From: Acidimicrobiia bacterium UBA5794
GTDB lineage: Bacteria > Actinomycetota > Acidimicrobiia > Spongiisociales > UBA5794
Assembly (NCBI GenBank): GCA_002418265.1
Contig: DIDS01000032.1
Location: 76,396 to 140,395 of the forward strand
Reading direction: 5' to 3'
Length of the DNA: 64,000 nucleotides
Positions 57,913-64,000 of the stretch are shown here, one piece after another (positions within the stretch are counted from its first letter, which is position 1; every line of letters begins with the position of its first letter). The notes beneath the pieces were generated by a model. It saw nothing but the letters and a program-made list of their open reading frames with translations, ran no database searches and was not told the origin of the DNA. The position numbers were made by a program, and so were the translations under genes.

Positions 57913-58217
57913 GAGAAATCCTTGAAGTTAGGGACCGATGGACGGCTGAGGGCAAGGAGGTGGCCGTCGCCACCGTTGTGTCTGTCAAAGGCTCCGCACC
58001 ACGCGGAGTGGGGGCCAAGATGCTGATTTCCTCCGATGGCGAAATGGAGGGTTCGGTGTCTGGCGGGTGCGTCGAGAACGATGTGCGCGAACACGCTGCA
58101 GGTGTGCTTTCTACCGGCGAACCACGACTCGTGACATACGGCATTGCTGATGACGACGCGTTTGAGGTCGGGCTGACCTGTGGCGGCACGATCGAAGTGT
58201 TCATTGCACCATGGTGA
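57909..58217 (+). CDS. XdhC/CoxI family Moco chaperone, N-terminal part
   Basis: [24 protein letters not shown]. Confidence 0.9.
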   Translation: MREILEVRDRWTAEGKEVAVATVVSVKGSAPRGVGAKMLISSDGEMEGSVSGGCVENDVREHAAGVLSTGEPRLVTYGIADDDAFEVGLTCGGTIEVFIAPW

Positions 58218-58969
58218 ACCCGATCGTTGAGGCGGTTTCCGGTCTCAAGAAGGCAGAGCGCCTCGGGGCGATGATCTCGGTCATTGACGGTCCCGGGATT
58301 GGTGAGGCAGTCGTCATCGATCGCGATGACGGCATCGTCACAGGAGAGACCCCTGGTTGGTTCAGCGATGCCGTTCATGCCGATGCCACTGTGCTGATGG
58401 ATTCCGAGGAGAGCAAGGCGCTCGTCTACGACGACAGACGCATCTTCATCGACGTGATCGCCCCATCGCCGGTCATGATGATCTTTGGGGCTGGTCATAT
58501 TGCTCAGCCGCTGTCGCTCTTCGCTCGCGAGCTCGGATTCCGTGTCGTCGTGGCAGATGCACGAGCGGCATGGGCGACACCCGAGCGCTTTCCACACGTC
58601 GATGACCTGATCGTGGCGTGGCCGAACACGGTTTTCGAAACAGTCGTCCCTGACCGAAGAACCTACGTCGTGTTGTTGAGTCATGACAGCCGGTTCGAGA
58701 TCCCGGTCTTCGACGCAATCCACGGTGTTCCCGTTCGCTACCTTGGCGCAATGGGTTCACGACGCACCCATGGGCTCAGAGTGGACCGCCTCAAGGCAGC
58801 GGGATGGACCGAGGACGAGGTTGCTGCGATCCATGGTCCGATCGGTCTTGACCTCAAGGCCAAGACGCCGGCCGAGACGGCCATATCCATCCTTGCCGAG
58901 ATCATCCAGGTTCGATACGGCACGGGCTCCGCTGCTCCATTACGAGGTTCTGATGCCCCGGTTCATTGA
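58211..58969 (+). CDS. XdhC/CoxF family Moco chaperone, Rossmann part
   Basis: [33 protein letters not shown]. Confidence 0.9.
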   Translation: MVNPIVEAVSGLKKAERLGAMISVIDGPGIGEAVVIDRDDGIVTGETPGWFSDAVHADATVLMDSEESKALVYDDRRIFIDVIAPSPVMMIFGAGHIAQPLSLFARELGFRVVVADARAAWATPERFPHVDDLIVAWPNTVFETVVPDRRTYVVLLSHDSRFEIPVFDAIHGVPVRYLGAMGSRRTHGLRVDRLKAAGWTEDEVAAIHGPIGLDLKAKTPAETAISILAEIIQVRYGTGSAAPLRGSDAPVH

Positions 58970-58987
58970 CGAGCGAACGAAACGATC

Positions 58988-59560
58988 ATGAAGATCAATG
59001 AGGGATTCGTCGTCGAACGGCCGATCGCGGAAATGTGGCCGCTGTTCAAGGATGTCCCGGAACTGGCCCGATGTCTTCCCGGTGCTGAACTGACCGCGGA
59101 CCACGGAGACGGAAGCTATGACGGGAAGGTTTCCGTCAAGCTTGGCCCGATTGCCACTTCCTTCGAGGGGAAGGCAACGGTTGATTTCGATGAATCTGCC
59201 CACACCGCCAAGATCAAGGGCAGAGGCGTCGACAGATCCGGCGGCAGCCAGGGTCAGGTGATGGTCGATATCGCGTTGGATGAGAACGAGGAGCACCACA
59301 CCGCGGTGTCAATCGATGCGGAAGTGACGCTCGTCGGTCCGATCGCGCAGTTCGGAAGTACCGGGTTGGTGAGCGAGGTGTCCCGACGACTCATCGATGA
59401 ATTCTCCCAATGCGTGCACGCAAAGCTTGATGCCGAGACAGCGGAAGAGGCTGCTGCGGTGACCGCTGGTCAAGTCAAGGGGTTCTCACTCGTCGTTGCG
59501 AGCACCTGGAGTTCTCTCATCGGATGGCTCAAGCGCGTGTTTTCTCGTCGCCGTTCGTAG
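58988..59560 (+). CDS. coxG: CoxG/SRPBCC membrane-anchor protein
   Basis: LARCLPGA, VKLGP, GPIAQFG; amphipathic C-terminus. Confidence 0.88.
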   Translation: MKINEGFVVERPIAEMWPLFKDVPELARCLPGAELTADHGDGSYDGKVSVKLGPIATSFEGKATVDFDESAHTAKIKGRGVDRSGGSQGQVMVDIALDENEEHHTAVSIDAEVTLVGPIAQFGSTGLVSEVSRRLIDEFSQCVHAKLDAETAEEAAAVTAGQVKGFSLVVASTWSSLIGWLKRVFSRRRS

Positions 59561-59677
59561 TCGTTGAAGACTGCTCATCGTTGCACCTGCACACCGCTCT
59601 CGTTTGGCGTATCGTGGGGTCTGGCAGGGTCTGCGGCTCTGCCAAAGGTGGTTTCGATCGATTCGGAGGTTTGTGTC

Positions 59678-60178
59678 GTGGAAGTCAGCATTACCGTCAA
59701 CGGGGCGAAGCACAGTTCGGAAGTCGAACCCCGCCTCCTGCTTGTCCACTATCTCCGAGAGGTTCTTGGACTCACCGGAACGCATGTCGGCTGTGACACT
59801 GGCTACTGCGGCGCCTGCACCGTCATCGTCGACGGTATCCCGATCAAGTCGTGTTCGATGCTGACCGTTCAGGCTGACGGCTGCGAGGTTCGCACCGTTG
59901 AAGGCGTTGCAAACGGTCCCGAGCTCCACCCGGTCCAAGAGGGGTTCTGGGAGTGTCACGGGCTGCAATGCGGATTCTGCACCCCTGGCATGATCATGAG
60001 TTCCGTGGCGCTGCTTGAAAGGAACGCCAACCCTTCCGAAACCGAGATCAGACAGGGAATTGAGGGCAATCTCTGTCGCTGCACCGGCTATCACAACATT
60101 GTCAAGTCTGTCCAATATGCCGGGGCGAAGATGCGTGGTGAAGATCCGAAAGGTGCATCATCGGAGGTGGCATCGTGA
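59678..60178 (+). CDS. coxS: Molybdoenzyme small [2Fe-2S] subunit
   Basis: [26 protein letters not shown]; GGAGG RBS before the GTG. Confidence 0.93.
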   Translation: MEVSITVNGAKHSSEVEPRLLLVHYLREVLGLTGTHVGCDTGYCGACTVIVDGIPIKSCSMLTVQADGCEVRTVEGVANGPELHPVQEGFWECHGLQCGFCTPGMIMSSVALLERNANPSETEIRQGIEGNLCRCTGYHNIVKSVQYAGAKMRGEDPKGASSEVAS

Positions 60179-62550
60179 CCAGCACAAGCGTGATGGGCGG
60201 CATTGTCCGTCGCAAGGAAGATCCATCTCTCATCCAGGGAAAAGGTGCCTATGTGGACGACGTCAAGAGGACCGGCGAACTCGCTGCGGTCTTTGTGCGC
60301 AGTCCCTTCGCTGCTGCGACCATCACCAGTATCGATATCGAGGCCGCCAAAGCAGCCCCCGGTGTACACGCCGTCTACACCGCAGACGATGTCCGGCACC
60401 TCGGACCGAATCCTGCACAGGTTGCCGTCGGCACGCTTCGTCCTCTCCTGGCTGACGGAGCGGTCAAACATGTCGGTGAAGCGGTGGCGATGGTGGTTGC
60501 CGAGAACCGATATCTCGCACAAGACGCCGCCGACCTCGTCTTTGTCGATTACGAACCCGGTGAGGTAGTCGTTGATCTAAAGGATGCCTTTGCCGACAAG
60601 GTCAAGGTGCATGGCGATGCCTCCAACATCCTCCTGACATGGCACGGGCACGGTTGGTGGGAGGGCGTGATTGACCTCCCCGATCCTTCCCCCGGCATTC
60701 AGGAGGCCAAGGAACGCGACGACACCGTCACGGTCAGCCTCGAGATGGTCAACCAGCGGCTCCTCCCCACGGCGATTGAGCCTCGCGCGGTACTCGCAGA
60801 TTGGAACAGCGGCTACGGATCGGTTGAACTGTGGTCGAGCTCCCAGATTCCCCATGCTGTCGCGGGCGCTGTCGGCGTGACGTTTGGGATTCCATCGAAC
60901 AAGGTCAGGGTCGTGGCACCCGAGGTTGGCGGTGGCTTTGGCGTCAAGCTCAACGTCTATCCCGATGAGATCCTCGTGTGCTTTGCATCCAAGGAGCTTG
61001 GTCGGCCGGTGCGCTGGACCGAGACCCGGCGTGAGGCTGGATTTGCATCCACCCAGGGACGCGGCTGGGTCGGTACCGCAACGATCACCGGAACCGCCGA
61101 TGGAAAAATCCTTGGATACGAGCTTGAAGCGATCTGTGACATGGGTGCCTATTCGCACAACTTCACCGTGGCGGTCCCGCTGCTCGGGCTGTTCATCGCC
61201 GGAGGTCAATACAACTTCCCAACGTCCTATGCACTCCACTGCGTCGTAACCAACACCCAGACCACCGATGCCTATCGAGGTGCGGGGAGACCAGAAGCTG
61301 CTTACTACCTCGAACGGATCGTCGATCATTTCGCTCGAGAGATCGGGATGGATCCGGCCGATGTTCGCAAAGCGAATTATTGGAAGCCCGAGGACTTCCC
61401 CGTACAGACAGCCATCGGGCTCACGATGGACAGCGGCGACTACGAGAAGAACCTTGATGCGCTGCTTGATCGTGTCGGATACGAGGACCTCAAGGCGAAA
61501 CGAGACGCTGCCCGTGCCGAAGGCAGACTGCTGGGGCTTGGGCTGAGCACATACGTCGAGGTGTGTGGATTTGGCCCCTCTGCTCTTGCGGGACTCGGAT
61601 TCTCATGGGGTGCGTACGGTCTACCAACCGCGTTCAACGGGTCTGGTGTGGTCCGAGTCCAGCCAGATGGCACGTGTACGGTCACGATCGGGACCGGACC
61701 GAGCGGTCAGGGACACGAGACGACATGGGCACAGATTGTGTCGGACGGGCTTGGAATCGCAATGGACAACATCGAGGTCCACCATGGCGACTCAGTCGAC
61801 TTGCCGATGGGTATCGGCACCTTCGGTTCACGATCCATCGCGGTTGACGGAACCGCGACATTCGAAGCCACAGCACGGGTCAGGAAGAAGGCTGCAATCA
61901 TTGCGGGCCATCTGCTTGAGGCTGCACCCGAAGACATCCAATTCGCAGATGGCCGTGCGCACGTTGCTGGCTCTCCCGACCGGGCAGTTGAATGGGGACA
62001 GATCGCAGAGTCGGCGTATCAGCCACACACGTTGCCAGAGGGCGTCGAGGGTGGCCTTGAGTCTTCGGTTGTGTTCAGTCCTCCGAACGCCACATGGCCC
62101 TTCGGTTCACACATGGCACTCGTTGAGGTCGACCCGGAGACGGGTGACGTCGATCTCCTTGAGTATTGGGCCACGGACGATTGTGGCAATGTCATCAACC
62201 CGATGATCGTTGACGGACAGCTCCATGGTGGTATTGCTCAAGGTATCGCCCAGGCGCTCTATGAAGAAGCCATCTACGACGACATGGGCAACCTGCTCAC
62301 GAGTTCGATGGCCAACTACACCCTGCCTGTATCGACGAGTCTGCCCTTGTTCAGTCTCGACCGAACGGTCACGCCGACGGATGTGAACCCCCTTGGTGTG
62401 AAAGGTGTTGGCGAGGCTGGAACAATCGGTTCGGCACAGACCATCGTCAACGCGGTAGTGGACGCCGTGGCACATCTCGGCGTCAGACACATCGACATGC
62501 CTTTGAGACCCAAGCGGGTGTGGCAGGCGATTCAGGATGCAAAGGAGTAG
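60175..62550 (+). CDS. coxL: Xanthine-oxidase-family molybdopterin large subunit, form II CoxL-like
   Basis: [14 protein letters not shown] (form II), GQGHET, GTFGSRS, KGVGEAG. Confidence 0.88.
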   Translation: MTSTSVMGGIVRRKEDPSLIQGKGAYVDDVKRTGELAAVFVRSPFAAATITSIDIEAAKAAPGVHAVYTADDVRHLGPNPAQVAVGTLRPLLADGAVKHVGEAVAMVVAENRYLAQDAADLVFVDYEPGEVVVDLKDAFADKVKVHGDASNILLTWHGHGWWEGVIDLPDPSPGIQEAKERDDTVTVSLEMVNQRLLPTAIEPRAVLADWNSGYGSVELWSSSQIPHAVAGAVGVTFGIPSNKVRVVAPEVGGGFGVKLNVYPDEILVCFASKELGRPVRWTETRREAGFASTQGRGWVGTATITGTADGKILGYELEAICDMGAYSHNFTVAVPLLGLFIAGGQYNFPTSYALHCVVTNTQTTDAYRGAGRPEAAYYLERIVDHFAREIGMDPADVRKANYWKPEDFPVQTAIGLTMDSGDYEKNLDALLDRVGYEDLKAKRDAARAEGRLLGLGLSTYVEVCGFGPSALAGLGFSWGAYGLPTAFNGSGVVRVQPDGTCTVTIGTGPSGQGHETTWAQIVSDGLGIAMDNIEVHHGDSVDLPMGIGTFGSRSIAVDGTATFEATARVRKKAAIIAGHLLEAAPEDIQFADGRAHVAGSPDRAVEWGQIAESAYQPHTLPEGVEGGLESSVVFSPPNATWPFGSHMALVEVDPETGDVDLLEYWATDDCGNVINPMIVDGQLHGGIAQGIAQALYEEAIYDDMGNLLTSSMANYTLPVSTSLPLFSLDRTVTPTDVNPLGVKGVGEAGTIGSAQTIVNAVVDAVAHLGVRHIDMPLRPKRVWQAIQDAKE

Positions 62551-62552
62551 CC

Positions 62553-63401
62553 ATGTACCCACCAAACTTTGACTACGTCGCTCCGACATCGCTCGATGAG
62601 GCGCTTGCCGCGCTCGCCGGTGCGGAGAATACCAAGGTTCTCAGCGGCGGCATGAGCCTGATTCCCCTCATGAAGATGCGATTCGTTCGCCCGACCACGG
62701 TCGTCGACATTTCCCGGATTCCAGGTTTGGATGACGTGACCGACGACGGCGACCACATCACGATCGGTGCAATGGTGCGTCACGCCACAACGGCATCACA
62801 CCCATTGGTCCAAGAGCACGCGTCGGCACTTGCCGAGGCAGCGAACGGAACCGCTGATCTCTTGGTGCGCAATCGAGGTACCACGTGTGGATCGTTGGCG
62901 CTCAACGCTGTTGCAGCAGATCAGCCTGGGGCAGCGCTCGCGCTCAACGCGACAATGCACGCAGCGTCAGTGCGCGGGACCCGTGAGATCGCAGCTGCCG
63001 ACTTCTTTCTGGACGCCATGACGTCCGCCCTTGCACCAGACGAGATCTTGACCAAGATCACGATCCCCAAAGGTGGCGTGTCCACCTATCGGAAGCTCGG
63101 TCGCAGGGGAGGTAGTTCCGACTACCCCATCGCCGCGGCCGCTGTGTGGGTTGACGTATCGGATGGGTCGGTTTCAGATGCCCGAATAGCTTTGAACGGG
63201 GTGTCATCGACGCCGTACCTTGCCGTCGGCAGCGCTGAGGCACTTGTTGGGTCCGACGGATCCGCGGACGCGATTGCTTCGGCCGCCTCCCATGCAACTG
63301 ATGGAGTCAACGTGCTCGAGGATCTCTACGCGACGGTTGCGTTTCGTACCCATCTTGCCGGTGTGTACGTTCGCAGGGCACTTGAGGATGTTCTCGCGTA
63401 A
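62553..63401 (+). CDS. coxM: Molybdoenzyme FAD-binding medium subunit
   Basis: FDYVAPTSLDEAL, SGGMSLIPLMKMR, VRNRGT. Confidence 0.9.
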   Translation: MYPPNFDYVAPTSLDEALAALAGAENTKVLSGGMSLIPLMKMRFVRPTTVVDISRIPGLDDVTDDGDHITIGAMVRHATTASHPLVQEHASALAEAANGTADLLVRNRGTTCGSLALNAVAADQPGAALALNATMHAASVRGTREIAAADFFLDAMTSALAPDEILTKITIPKGGVSTYRKLGRRGGSSDYPIAAAAVWVDVSDGSVSDARIALNGVSSTPYLAVGSAEALVGSDGSADAIASAASHATDGVNVLEDLYATVAFRTHLAGVYVRRALEDVLA

Positions 63402-63415
63402 AGGGGACTGACTCC

Positions 63416-64000
63416 ATGTCCGCTGAAAACCCGCGCGTCGCTGGGATCGTGCTGGCTGCTGGCGAGGCCACGCGCATGGGCGAGCCCAAGGTGACGCTTC
63501 CCTACGGAGGGTCGACCATTGTCGAAGCTGTCGTGTCTGTCGCATCAGCCGCTCGCCTTGAACCAATCATCGTCGTAACAGGCTTCTATCACGAGGCGGT
63601 GACAGCGGTGATCGGGGATACTGCCACGGTCGTCCACAATCCGGATGCGGCATCTGGCAATCTGTCGTCGCTCAGAGTCGGGGTATCGGCAGCCGGTGAC
63701 GTCGATGCCGCGGTGATCTTGCTTGGCGATATGCCCGAAATCGAATCGGAAACCGTGCAGCAACTTGCGCACCAGGTGGTGTCATCAGGTGCCGTTGGCG
63801 GATGGGTGCGGTACCGCGGCGACCAACACGACGGAGATACCCGCGGGGGAGATGACCGCGGGGAAGATGACCGCGGGGAAGATGACCGCGGGGAAGATGA
63901 AATGGGGCATCCGATGGTGCTGTCCCGACACGGTCTGGCCGGTTTTTCCGCTCTCACCGGGAGAAGGCCGGTGTGGCGCTACCTGACCAGCCTTGACTCA
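63416..64000 (+). CDS. Molybdenum cofactor cytidylyltransferase (MocA-like), runs off window end
   Basis: Not in the ORF track. Manual translation: MSAENPRVAGIVLAAGEATRMGEPK...NPD...LGDMP...GHP. Confidence 0.85.
   Translation, partial: MSAENPRVAGIVLAAGEATRMGEPKVTLPYGGSTIVEAVVSVASAARLEPIIVVTGFYHEAVTAVIGDTATVVHNPDAASGNLSSLRVGVSAAGDVDAAVILLGDMPEIESETVQQLAHQVVSSGAVGGWVRYRGDQHDGDTRGGDDRGEDDRGEDDRGEDEMGHPMVLSRHGLAGFSALTGRRPVWRYLTSLDS
63836..63900 (+). repeat. In-frame 15-bp tandem repeat (GATGACCGCGGGGAA)x3 plus a degenerate copy
   Basis: Perfect units at 63851, 63866 and 63881; encodes DDRGE repeats. Confidence 0.95.

Noticed and set aside
57909-58969. Frameshifted xdhC pseudogene
   Set aside because: The halves overlap by 7 nt with a proper ATG, and split XdhC pairs are common.
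60175-62550. Bona fide aerobic (form I) CO dehydrogenase
   Set aside because: The loop is AYRGAGR rather than AYxCSFR, and gene order is S-L-M.

Overview
GC-rich chromosomal window, probably from an actinomycete of class Acidimicrobiia (inferred from gene content and many leaderless TANNNT promoters). It is dominated by a bioenergetic supercluster. Two divergent operons sit at about 9-19.5 kb. The left one encodes a cbb3-type CcoN-CcoO fusion whose CcoN half lacks all six heme/copper histidines, a membrane cytochrome c with three copies of an unrecognised ~43-aa cytoplasmic module, and a MenJ-like reductase. The right one encodes a split cytochrome b6/subunit IV Rieske complex with a 2[4Fe-4S] ferredoxin, a diheme cytochrome c and two unknown membrane proteins, and its subunit IV carries the same module. 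These are followed by rex, a complete 14-subunit complex I (nuoA-N), a bactofilin-like membrane protein, an Fe3+ ABC transporter, a second 11-subunit complex I lacking nuoEFG, a short accessory region, and a form II cox (xanthine-oxidase family) molybdoenzyme cluster with maturation genes. The left end holds housekeeping genes, including an RsiG-like protein and a MoaD-membrane fusion. I saw no rRNA, tRNA, CRISPR array or intact transposase. The best candidate for an undescribed system is the His-less CcoNO / repeat-module cytochrome c / ferredoxin-b6 assembly. All calls come from reading motifs by eye; no searches were run, and several start codons were re-picked from RBS or promoter context.
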